Shown here piece after piece: positions 47,227-54,936 of a stretch of DNA of 64,000 nucleotides. The position numbers and the translations under genes were made by a program. The first letter of the stretch is position 1; each line of letters begins with the position of its first letter. Origin of the DNA: Acutalibacteraceae bacterium (GTDB taxonomy: Bacteria > Bacillota > Clostridia > Oscillospirales > Acutalibacteraceae); contig JAZNOP010000005.1 in the NCBI GenBank assembly GCA_045580875.1, positions 1,945 through 65,944 on the forward strand. The letters run 5' to 3'. The notes beneath the pieces are model-generated. The model did no database searches. It saw only the letters and a list, made by a program, of their open reading frames with translations, and was not told the origin of the DNA.

Positions 47227-47368
47227 ATTTGCGAGATGTCTTTTCGGAGTTTAATTTTTCGATTGGCTTGGCCGCATATTCGTCAAGTAATCCGAAGAAA
47301 TCCTTGATGAAGCCGACTGCGTATCTCAGCATTTTGACAATGTCGCCAAAGCCGAAATTATCGTCCAT
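47225..47368 (-). CDS. unannotated 47-aa amphipathic micro-protein
   Basis: Below the track cutoff. ATG 47368 is preceded by GGGAGGAGTG. Sequence: MDDNFGFGDIVKMLRYAVGFIKDFFGLLDEYAAKPIEKLNSEKTSRK. Stop TAA at 47227-47225, 6 nt before the terminator stem. Confidence 0.5.
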   Translation of the reverse strand: MDDNFGFGDIVKMLRYAVGFIKDFFGLLDEYAAKPIEKLNSEKTSRK

Positions 47369-47379
47369 AGCTCTCACTC

Positions 47380-47442
47380 CTCCCTATGTACCGACCCCAA
47401 GAACATTGTCATATCCTGAGGGTCGTTAGTATGTATAGGGAG
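47380..47442 (-). promoter_or_regulatory. SD-occluding 5'-UTR hairpin of the 47-aa ORF
   Basis: On the mRNA strand, CTCCCTAT (47442-47435) pairs with ATAGGGAG (47387-47380), which contains the SD core. A nested 6-bp stem, CGACCC (47425-47420) / GGGTCG (47397-47392), lies inside. Confidence 0.45.
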
Positions 47443-47619
47443 CACAATGCTTATCCTGTTTGAGAAACTCTTAGTCCTCGAGTTTCGGTTCTCGGTTTAC
47501 AACACCGAGCTCTGAAATAACGCTATATGCGGTAGGGTACGACGGTAACCCAAAGTCTCCGTCCGCATAGCAGGCTGCGTTATGCCTGTAGCCACTCCTA
47601 TGGGGTGGCTTTTCTTTTT
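47443..47619 (+). ncRNA. candidate ~175-nt structured RNA ending in an intrinsic terminator, no downstream gene
   Basis: Promoter-like TTGTCA (47406-47411), 18-nt spacer, TATGTA. Stems: CTCGG/CCGAG (47491-47495/47505-47509), TATGCGG/CCGCATA (47526-47532/47563-47569), CAGGC/GCCTG (47571-47575/47584-47588). A terminator closes it. No family recognised. Confidence 0.3.
47590..47619 (+). terminator. plus-strand intrinsic terminator
   Basis: AGCCACTCC (47590-47598) pairs with GGGGTGGCT (47602-47610), with one G-U pair, followed by TTTCTTTTT. Confidence 0.8.
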
Positions 47620-47820
47620 GCTCTGAATCACCTTCATATATCCGACTATCTTGCGGAGTATCGCTGGTCTTTCATAATCTACGCCCCATTCTTTCTCATT
47701 CTTTAAAACACAAAAAGAGCACTGGATAACGAAGAACAAAGCGTTAAGCAGAACTCTATGAAGGTGTAGTATTGTTGTATTGTTGTAAGGAGTTGGGTGT
47801 TAATGTGTGGGTTGGTGTAT

Positions 47821-48051
47821 CGTAGATTGGGCGGGTTCTTACTTGAAAACTTCTCGTATATCCGCAGATTGTGACGGCTTAATCTTCGGATGTTTCTCGT
47901 AGATTAGCCGGATTTTGCCTGATTTTCGTCGAGTCTTCGTTGTGTTTTTGCCGAATCTACGCCGGATATTTGTCTTAATCTACGTTGTGTGTCCGCTGGC
48001 CTATTCGTGGGGCGCCGGCTAAATCTGCGTATGAAATCGTGTGAATCTTGG
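47821..48051. repeat. cluster of degenerate CGNAGATT / AATCTNCG octamers in both orientations
   Basis: CGTAGATT 47821 and 47898; CGCAGATT 47863; AATCTTCG 47881; AATCTACG 47954 and 47977; AATCTGCG 48022; AATCTTGG 48044. Related copies sit at 46942 and 47004. Longer degenerate units also align, e.g. CGGCTTAATCTTCGGATG (47875) against CGGCTAAATCTGCGTATG (48016). Confidence 0.6.
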
Positions 48052-48104
48052 TCTGCCTGCTTTAGAATTTCTTGACAGTAGGAAATTTACAATATCAATT
48101 ACTA

Positions 48105-48133
48105 TTGACAAATTGCAAAAGCTGGATTAAAAT
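48105..48133 (+). promoter_or_regulatory. sigma-A promoter of the ctsR operon
   Basis: TTGACA (48105-48110), 17-nt spacer, TAAAAT (48128-48133). Confidence 0.7.
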
Positions 48134-48141
48134 ATAGTCAA

Positions 48142-48165
48142 GGTCAAAGAAAGTCAAAGTCAAAA
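48142..48165 (+). promoter_or_regulatory. CtsR operator
   Basis: GGTCAAA-GAA-AGTCAAA (48142-48158) plus a third heptad GTCAAAA. It begins 8 nt after the -10 hexamer, the classic autoregulatory position. Confidence 0.85.
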
Positions 48166-48199
48166 TTGACTGATGTAATTACAGGAAGGGGAGTTCAAA

Positions 48200-48652
48200 A
48201 TGACACTGAGCGAACTTGTAACCCAGACAATTCTTGAAATGATTGATGCATCGGACGGTGCAGCAGAAATACAGCGCAACGAGCTTGCGGCAATGCTTGG
48301 GTGTGTTCCGAGTCAGATAAGTTATGTAATAACATCACGGTTTACTCCGGAGCATGGCTATACAGTAGAGAGTCGCAGGGGAGGCGGTGGTTGTATTCGT
48401 ATAACGCGAATCAGCCATGACAATACATCAAACACCGTAATGCATATAGTTAATGGTATAGGAGCTCGTCTTGATTTCCAGACAGCCCGCGTGATTGTCA
48501 ACGACCTGACAGCGCGCCGGGTAATCTCTCCGGATATCGGCAGGATAATACTTGCGGCAAGTGCTGATAATTGCTACAGGGAGTGTACTCCGGAGCAGAG
48601 AGACCGCATCAGGGCGGCAATTTTCAAACAAATGCTTATCAATGCGATTTAA
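48200..48652 (+). CDS. ctsR: class III stress gene repressor CtsR
   Basis: 150 aa. NELAAMLGCVPSQISYVITSRF...GYTVESRRGGGGCIRI. Confidence 0.92.
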   Translation: MTLSELVTQTILEMIDASDGAAEIQRNELAAMLGCVPSQISYVITSRFTPEHGYTVESRRGGGGCIRITRISHDNTSNTVMHIVNGIGARLDFQTARVIVNDLTARRVISPDIGRIILAASADNCYRECTPEQRDRIRAAIFKQMLINAI

Positions 48653-48698
48653 GTGCAGATAAACAATCAATACTTATTTATGATATGGGGGGTTATAT

Positions 48699-49268
48699 AT
48701 GAAATGCAGCAGATGTAATAAAGAAGCGACAACACATTTTTACCAGAACATTAATGGTCAGGTGACTGAAACATGGCTTTGTCCGGATTGTGCAGAGCAG
48801 ATGGGAATAGGTGGAATGTTCAGTGGTTTCTCAGGTTTCGGAGATTTCGGAAGTATTGGCGGATTTGGTGCCTTTGATGACCTGCTCGGCAGCTTTTTCG
48901 GTACAGCACCGGCAAAAGCTCTGCCAAAACAGACGCGCTGCAGTGTTTGCGGGTCTTCGTTCAGCGATATCGTAAAGAATGGAAAAGCAGGCTGTCCGGA
49001 TTGCTACGAACAGTTTGCCGTTCAATTCAGACCGACAATAGAAAAAATTCACGGGCATCATAAGCACATGGGGAAAATGCCCGGAAAAAACACGCCGCAA
49101 ATTACAAAGACTGCAGGCAGCGCTGAAAAGCCTGCGGCACCGGCAGTAAAAAAGGAAGAAACGGTTGATATGTTGAAAGTACAGCTCAAAAAAGCTGTTG
49201 CAGCTGAGGAATACGAAAAAGCCGCACAGCTGCGCGACCGGATAAGAGCAATGGAGGGACAGAAATGA
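48699..49268 (+). CDS. mcsA: McsA-like zinc-finger / UVR-motif protein (activator of McsB)
   Basis: 189 aa. CxxC pairs (CSRCN...CPDC; CSVCG...CPDC) and a C-terminal UVR motif (EEYEKAAQLRDRIRAME). Confidence 0.8.
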   Translation: MKCSRCNKEATTHFYQNINGQVTETWLCPDCAEQMGIGGMFSGFSGFGDFGSIGGFGAFDDLLGSFFGTAPAKALPKQTRCSVCGSSFSDIVKNGKAGCPDCYEQFAVQFRPTIEKIHGHHKHMGKMPGKNTPQITKTAGSAEKPAAPAVKKEETVDMLKVQLKKAVAAEEYEKAAQLRDRIRAMEGQK

Positions 49269-50299
49269 GCACATCAAAAAAATGGTATCAGCTTTCAGGC
49301 AATGATGCCGATGTAGTCATCAGCACACGTATCCGTCTTGCGCGAAATATAAAGGGTTTTCCTTTTCCTCATGCAATGAGTGATGTGCAGCGAGAGCAGG
49401 TCAATAAGCTTGTCCGCGATGCAATACCTGAAAGCGCAGATCTCAAAAACAGATTCAGATATATTGAGCTTTCCGAGTTGAGCCAGCGTGAATTGGTTTC
49501 GATGGTTGAGCGTCATCTGATAAGTCCTGCGTTTGCAAGAAATCCGAAGGGAAGGGCAATGCTTCTGCTTGATGATGAGTCGGTCAGTATCATGATATGT
49601 GAGGAGGATCATCTGCGAATACAGGTGCTGGCGCAGGGAAATGATATTGAGAAGGCTTTTGATACGGCGGATAAGCTGGATACGCTTCTTTCTGAACGTC
49701 TTGATTTTGCGGCAGATGAAAATCTTGGCTATCTTACAGCCTGCCCGACAAACCTTGGTACAGCAATGAGAGCTTCGGTGATGCTGCATCTTCCGGCAGC
49801 AGAGGCCAGCGGCGCGCTCGCGCAGATAAGCGGTGCAATTACAAAAATGGGCATGACAATCCGCGGAATGTACGGAGAGGGAAGCGGTTCCAGAGGTGCG
49901 ATGTATCAGATATCCAATCAGACTACTCTTGGAATATCCGAAAAAGACACTATCGCAAAGCTCAGTGATATTATTGAACAGATAATTAAGATAGAGAGAC
50001 AGACAAAAGCCAGGCTGATTGAACGTCCTGAAAGACTGGACCGTGTGTGGCGTGCGCTGGGAGTAATGAAAACAGCACGTATGCTGAGCAGCGAGGAGTT
50101 TATTGAACTGTTTTCTGCGGTCAGAGAGGGCGTAGAGGCTGAAAAGCTGAATGGCTTGTCATATGATACGCTCAGTCAGTTGTTTATTGAAGCTCAGCCG
50201 GGAACAATGATGATGCGCGTGGGCCATGACATGACGCCGGCAGAAAGAGATGTACAGCGGGCGGAAATAACACGAAATGCACTTGCGGCAGTTTCGTAA
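49265..50299 (+). CDS. mcsB: protein arginine kinase McsB
   Basis: 344 aa. Guanidino kinase motifs RIRLARNIKGFPF and CPTNLGTAMRASVMLHLP. 4-nt overlap with mcsA. Confidence 0.9.
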   Translation: MSTSKKWYQLSGNDADVVISTRIRLARNIKGFPFPHAMSDVQREQVNKLVRDAIPESADLKNRFRYIELSELSQRELVSMVERHLISPAFARNPKGRAMLLLDDESVSIMICEEDHLRIQVLAQGNDIEKAFDTADKLDTLLSERLDFAADENLGYLTACPTNLGTAMRASVMLHLPAAEASGALAQISGAITKMGMTIRGMYGEGSGSRGAMYQISNQTTLGISEKDTIAKLSDIIEQIIKIERQTKARLIERPERLDRVWRALGVMKTARMLSSEEFIELFSAVREGVEAEKLNGLSYDTLSQLFIEAQPGTMMMRVGHDMTPAERDVQRAEITRNALAAVS

Positions 50300-50342
50300 A
50301 CTTATTCTTTTGTTTTATCGAAAACAGAAAGGAGATATTTGA

Positions 50343-52862
50343 ATGTACAGTTTTACAGGTTTTACTGAAAAAGCAAATGAAGCAATGAACAATGCAATTC
50401 AGACTGCAAGTGAGTATGGTCATACATTTATTGGAAGTGAACATATTCTTATAGGTCTGCTCAGTGTGAGCGGCAGTATGGCGGCAAATGTACTGAATGA
50501 AGCTGGTATAGAGCTTGATGAAACAGAAGCTATGCTTGCAAAGGTGCAGGGAAAAGGCATACCGACATCACTGAACCCGAATGACTTTACACCAAGAAGC
50601 AAACGTATTCTGCAGCGAGCGATGATGTTTGCGCAGAAACTCGGTCATAATTATGTAGGGACCGAGCATCTTCTTATTGCTCTCCTTAATGATCGTGACA
50701 GTTATGCAGTGAAATTCATTACAGACTGCGGCGGTGATGTTGCTTCGATTTTGTCAGGTGTACTTTCTGCTGTTGGAAATGATGAGACCGAAAGTGATAC
50801 ATCGTCAGAATATGAAGTTGAAGATGTAAAGTCGACGGGCTTTAATCCTTTTGCCGGACTCTTTGGCGGTTCACACGGGAAAACAGCAGGTGATAAATCA
50901 TCCCCAAACGGTACAAAGACACTTGATCAGTATGGCAGAGACCTTACTCAGGCGGCAAGAAATAATGAAATAGATCCGGTTATCGGCAGACAGACTGAGA
51001 TAGACCGTGTTATACAGATTCTTTCACGCAGAACAAAGAACAATCCTTGTCTGATAGGTGAACCTGGTGTAGGCAAGACTGCAATTGCTGAAGGTCTTGC
51101 GCTGAAAATAGCGACAGGTGAAGTTCCGGAAACTCTGACCGACAAGCGTATAATTGCACTTGATCTCACATCGATGGTTGCAGGAACAAAGTACCGCGGC
51201 GACTTCGAGGAAAGAATCAAAGCGGCTGTTGATGAGGTCAATAAAGCAGGAAATATCATTCTTTTCATTGATGAGATACACACTATAATCGGTGCAGGAT
51301 CAGCCGAAGGTTCTACTGACGCGGCTAACATTCTCAAACCTCAGCTTGCCAGAGGCAAATTTCAGGTTATCGGCGCCACCACAATAGAGGAGTATCGTAA
51401 GTATATTGAAAAAGATGCTGCATTGGAACGCAGATTCCAGCCTGTTAATGTTGGTGAACCGACCGAGGAAGAGGCTGTGCTTATTCTCAAAGGTCTGAGG
51501 GATAGATATGAAGCTCACCATAAAGTCAGAATTACAGATGAAGCGATAGAAAGTGCAGTTAAACTTTCAGCGCGTTATATTGCTGACCGTTATTTGCCTG
51601 ACAAGGCGATCGACTTGATAGATGAATCTGCCTCGCGTGTTCGTCTTACCAGACAGACTGAGCCTGATGAACTCAGAGAACTGGCTGCAAAAGTGAATGC
51701 AGTTGCCGCAGAAAAGAGCGAAGCAGTAAACGCACAGCAGTTTGAACGTGCAGCGTCGCTTCGTGATGAGGAGAAGCGGCTTCGCGCGGAACTTGAGGCT
51801 AAGAAAGAGGCGTGGAAAAACTCGGCAGTACGCAGCGGTGCGTCAGTAGGTATTGAAGATATAGCAAATGTAGTTGCTCAGTGGACTGGCATTCCGGTAA
51901 CTCAGCTTACTCAGGAAGAATCAGAGAGAATGCTTCATATGGAGGAACATCTGCACAAGCGTATTGTCGGACAGGATGAGGCTGTAAAGGCTGTATCGAA
52001 GGCAATCCGGCGTGGCAGAGTTGGTCTCAAGGATCCGAATCGTCCGATAGGTTCCTTTATTTTCCTCGGTCCGACAGGTGTCGGTAAAACTGAACTATGC
52101 AAAGCACTTGCAGAGGCGATGTTCGGCGATGAGAATGCTATGATCCGGCTTGATATGTCGGAATTCATGGAAAAGCATACAACATCGAAGCTTATCGGTT
52201 CACCTCCGGGATATGTTGGCTATGATGAAGGCGGACAGCTTACAGAGAAAATACGCCGTCGCCCGTATTCGGTAGTGCTGTTTGATGAAATTGAAAAAGC
52301 CCACCCTGATGTTTTCAATACGCTGCTCCAGGTTCTTGATGACGGCAGAATAACTGATTCGCAGGGAAGAACAGTCAGCTTTAAGAATACCATCATAATC
52401 ATGACCTCCAATGTCGGTGCAAATCTCCTGACAGAGCAGCGTAAATCACTTGGATTTGGCGGCGACAATAGGGGAGATGCCGACTATGAGCGCGGCAAGG
52501 ATGCAGTTCTCGGAGAACTCAAGAAAACTTTCCGTCCGGAATTTCTCAACAGAGTTGATGATATAATTGTTTTTCATAAGCTTGATGATGAAAATATCCG
52601 TGAGATTGCAGGAAAGATGCTTACCGGACTCACAAAACGAATGGCAGAGCTTGGCATGAATCTTCGCGTGAATACAGGAGTTGATGCAGAAATAGCACGC
52701 GTAGGCTTTGATCCTGTTTATGGTGCCCGTCCGCTCCGTCGTGCTATACAGTCACGCATAGAAGATCCTCTTTCTGAAGCTATGCTGGAAGGAAGATTCC
52801 GCGATGGTGATACAGTGCTTATAAGCTTTGATGGAAGTAATTTTGTCTTTACAAAAGAATAA
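50343..52862 (+). CDS. clpC: ATP-dependent Clp protease ATP-binding subunit ClpC
   Basis: 839 aa. Two Clp_N repeats, Walker A GEPGVGKTA and GPTGVGKTE, UVR-like linker (QQFERAASLRDEEKRLR). Confidence 0.95.
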   Translation: MYSFTGFTEKANEAMNNAIQTASEYGHTFIGSEHILIGLLSVSGSMAANVLNEAGIELDETEAMLAKVQGKGIPTSLNPNDFTPRSKRILQRAMMFAQKLGHNYVGTEHLLIALLNDRDSYAVKFITDCGGDVASILSGVLSAVGNDETESDTSSEYEVEDVKSTGFNPFAGLFGGSHGKTAGDKSSPNGTKTLDQYGRDLTQAARNNEIDPVIGRQTEIDRVIQILSRRTKNNPCLIGEPGVGKTAIAEGLALKIATGEVPETLTDKRIIALDLTSMVAGTKYRGDFEERIKAAVDEVNKAGNIILFIDEIHTIIGAGSAEGSTDAANILKPQLARGKFQVIGATTIEEYRKYIEKDAALERRFQPVNVGEPTEEEAVLILKGLRDRYEAHHKVRITDEAIESAVKLSARYIADRYLPDKAIDLIDESASRVRLTRQTEPDELRELAAKVNAVAAEKSEAVNAQQFERAASLRDEEKRLRAELEAKKEAWKNSAVRSGASVGIEDIANVVAQWTGIPVTQLTQEESERMLHMEEHLHKRIVGQDEAVKAVSKAIRRGRVGLKDPNRPIGSFIFLGPTGVGKTELCKALAEAMFGDENAMIRLDMSEFMEKHTTSKLIGSPPGYVGYDEGGQLTEKIRRRPYSVVLFDEIEKAHPDVFNTLLQVLDDGRITDSQGRTVSFKNTIIIMTSNVGANLLTEQRKSLGFGGDNRGDADYERGKDAVLGELKKTFRPEFLNRVDDIIVFHKLDDENIREIAGKMLTGLTKRMAELGMNLRVNTGVDAEIARVGFDPVYGARPLRRAIQSRIEDPLSEAMLEGRFRDGDTVLISFDGSNFVFTKE

Positions 52863-52911
52863 AAGAGTTCAGTTGAGAAAAATATCATCCATGTAGCCAC
52901 TGTTTAATTCA

Positions 52912-52945
52912 GGCAGGGTATCGGACTTCGGTCAGATACCCTGCC
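52912..52945 (+). terminator. stem-loop after clpC (no clear U-tract)
   Basis: GGCAGGGTATC (52912-52922) pairs with GATACCCTGCC (52935-52945). It is followed by ATTACATAAA, so it is a weak intrinsic terminator. Confidence 0.5.
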
Positions 52946-53132
52946 ATTACATAAATGCAGATATCGCGTATGCTGTATAAATGGCGATTTGCTGCATATG
53001 ATATAAGTAAACTTATGGTGGTTTCAAAATGTGTTAAAATGTGAAAAAAAGTTTTTATATAGAATATGAATCCCATTCAAAAGCAAGAGAAACGATAAAT
53101 AGAAAAATATTTTAAAAATGTGAAATTAGTAC

Positions 53133-53161
53133 TTGCAATTCACAAATGAATGTAGTATACT
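53133..53161 (+). promoter_or_regulatory. sigma-A promoter of the tRNA gene
   Basis: TTGCAA (53133-53138), 17-nt spacer, TATACT (53156-53161). Confidence 0.6.
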
Positions 53162-53192
53162 ATATTAGCGCTCGAGAGAGTGAACTAAATAT

Positions 53193-53266
<74 letters not shown>

Positions 53267-53275
53267 CGAAAGAAG

Positions 53276-53310
53276 AACGGATGACATAACGTCGTCCGTT
53301 TTTTGTTTTT
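53276..53310 (+). terminator. intrinsic terminator after the tRNA
   Basis: AACGGATGAC (53276-53285) pairs with GTCGTCCGTT (53291-53300), followed by TTTTTGTTTTT. Confidence 0.85.
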
Positions 53311-53379
53311 ATATTTCCTTAACAAACATTCCCGCTTTCTCTGTGTTTTTAAGTCGTTATTTTTAAAACTAAAAACACT

Positions 53380-54816
53380 ATGAAAGATTTCAATTTCAGA
53401 CATGGAGACGCAAAGAGTGACGTCTTCGGTACAGACATGATGATTAACCCATCGCCTGTCGATAAGATTCCGGATGCACCAACCACACCGCAGATCGCTT
53501 ATCAGATGGTAAAAGACGAGACATTCCCTCAGACACAGCCTCGACTTAATCTCGCAACTTTCGTCACTACTTATATGGACGAATATGCTACTAAACTGAT
53601 GAACGACGCTATCAGTATCAACTACATCGACGAGACGGAATATCCTCGTATCGCATTGATGGGACAGAAATGTATCAATATCATCGCTAATCTATGGAAC
53701 ACCCCTGAGACCAACAAATGGAAAACAGGTGCTCTCGGTATCGGTTCATCTGAAGCTTGTATGCTCGGCGGTGTCTCAGCCTGGATGCGCTGGCGCAAGA
53801 GAAGAATGGAACAGGGCAAACCTTACGACAAGCCTAATTTCGTGGTATCGACAGGTTTTCAGGTCGTATGGGAGAAGTTCGCACAATTGTGGCAGATAGA
53901 AATGCGTACTGTTCCGCTCACAATGGAAAACCCTACCTTAGATCCTAAGAAAGCCATCGAGATGTGCGACGAAAACACTATATGCATCGTGCCTATCGCA
54001 GGTTGTACATGGACCGGTATGAACGACGACATCGAAGAGTTGGATAAGGAAGTGACCAAATTCAACAAGAGAACAGGCAACCAATTATGTATCCACGTCG
54101 ATGCGGCTTCCGGTGGTTTCATCTTGCCTTTCCTGAAACCTCATGTAAAATGGGACTTCAGATTGGACAACGTATTATCGATAAGCACCTCCGGTCATAA
54201 ATACGGTCTCGTATATCCAGGCTTGGGCTGGGTGATATGGAAAGACAAGAAATATCTGCCTGAAGAAATGTCGTTCAGCGTCAACTATCTCGGTGCTGAC
54301 ATCACCCAGGTCGGACTTAACTTCTCACGTCCGGCAGCTCAGGTCTTGGGACAATATTATCAGTTTATCAGATTAGGTTTCCAAGGTTATAAGGCAATAC
54401 AGCAGAACTCTATGGAGATTGCGGAATATCTTCATGAGGAAATAGGTAAGATGCCTCAGTTTAAAAACTATAGCTCGGAAGTCGTAAATCCGTTGTTCGT
54501 CTGGTCGCTGAATCCTAAATATGATAAAGTCGCCAACTGGACTTTGTACGACCTGCAATATAAGTTGCAGCAAAGCGGATGGATGGTTCCGGCTTACACT
54601 ATGCCGAAGGACTTGGAACAATGTGTGGTGATGAGAATCGTCTGTCGTCAAGGTTTCAGCCGTGATATGGCTGATATGCTTCTGACCGATATCAGAATGG
54701 CTGTCGCCGACTTGGATAAATTAAGCTATCCGACACAGTCAAGAGTTGAGGTCAATAAGAACATTCATCCGAAACATAGCTTCAATCACGGAGGAACACG
54801 ACGTTGTAAGAGTTGA
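53380..54816 (+). CDS. gadB: glutamate decarboxylase
   Basis: 478 aa. PLP-lysine motif SGHKYG. The N-terminal pattern FRHGDAKSDVFG...TTPQIAYQMVKDETF.QTQPRLNLATFVTTYMD is as in Bacteroides GAD, from memory. No SD. Confidence 0.92.
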   Translation: MKDFNFRHGDAKSDVFGTDMMINPSPVDKIPDAPTTPQIAYQMVKDETFPQTQPRLNLATFVTTYMDEYATKLMNDAISINYIDETEYPRIALMGQKCINIIANLWNTPETNKWKTGALGIGSSEACMLGGVSAWMRWRKRRMEQGKPYDKPNFVVSTGFQVVWEKFAQLWQIEMRTVPLTMENPTLDPKKAIEMCDENTICIVPIAGCTWTGMNDDIEELDKEVTKFNKRTGNQLCIHVDAASGGFILPFLKPHVKWDFRLDNVLSISTSGHKYGLVYPGLGWVIWKDKKYLPEEMSFSVNYLGADITQVGLNFSRPAAQVLGQYYQFIRLGFQGYKAIQQNSMEIAEYLHEEIGKMPQFKNYSSEVVNPLFVWSLNPKYDKVANWTLYDLQYKLQQSGWMVPAYTMPKDLEQCVVMRIVCRQGFSRDMADMLLTDIRMAVADLDKLSYPTQSRVEVNKNIHPKHSFNHGGTRRCKS

Positions 54817-54841
54817 AAGTTGAAAACTGAAAACTGAAAAT
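54813..54841 (+). repeat. 7-nt microsatellite (TGAAAAC-like, 4 units) overlapping the gadB stop
   Basis: TTGAAAG TTGAAAAC TGAAAAC TGAAAAT. Confidence 0.7.
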
Positions 54842-54848
54842 TAATGTA

Positions 54849-54901
54849 GAGACGTACCAATTACACCGTTGAAAATAAATACGATGTAATTGATACGTCT
54901 C
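54849..54901. terminator. 17-bp stem-loop between convergent gadB and pyk
   Basis: GAGACGTACCAATTACA (54849-54865) pairs with TGTAATTGATACGTCTC (54885-54901): 16 of 17 pairs, 19-nt loop. Confidence 0.65.
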
Positions 54902-54936
54902 TTAAATTTTTGTGCTCATAAAATTTATGGGCACCC

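Noticed and set aside
47202-47429. 75-aa plus-strand ORF (GTG start)
   Set aside because: It starts inside the loop of the bidirectional terminator hairpin (47196-47207). It is antisense to the 47-aa ORF, which has the SD.
47497-47739. 80-aa minus-strand ORF
   Set aside because: It has no SD and reads straight through the 47590-47619 terminator hairpin and other stems. This is more consistent with structured non-coding sequence. I could not recognise it as a gene fragment.
46937-47865. DnaA-box-like nonamers (TTATCCGTA, ATATCCGGT, TTATCCTGT, ATATCCGCA) suggesting an origin
   Set aside because: Each matches TTATCCACA at only about 7 of 9 positions. No dnaA/dnaN is nearby and no AT-rich unwinding element was identified. 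Not supportable.
46981-47970. MITE, IS remnant or invertible segment bounded by the 11-bp inverted repeat AATATCCGGCG
   Set aside because: A single 10-11-bp inverted match is about what chance gives in 1.5 kb. There are no target-site duplications and no transposase or recombinase in the window. It is mentioned only within the repeat finding.
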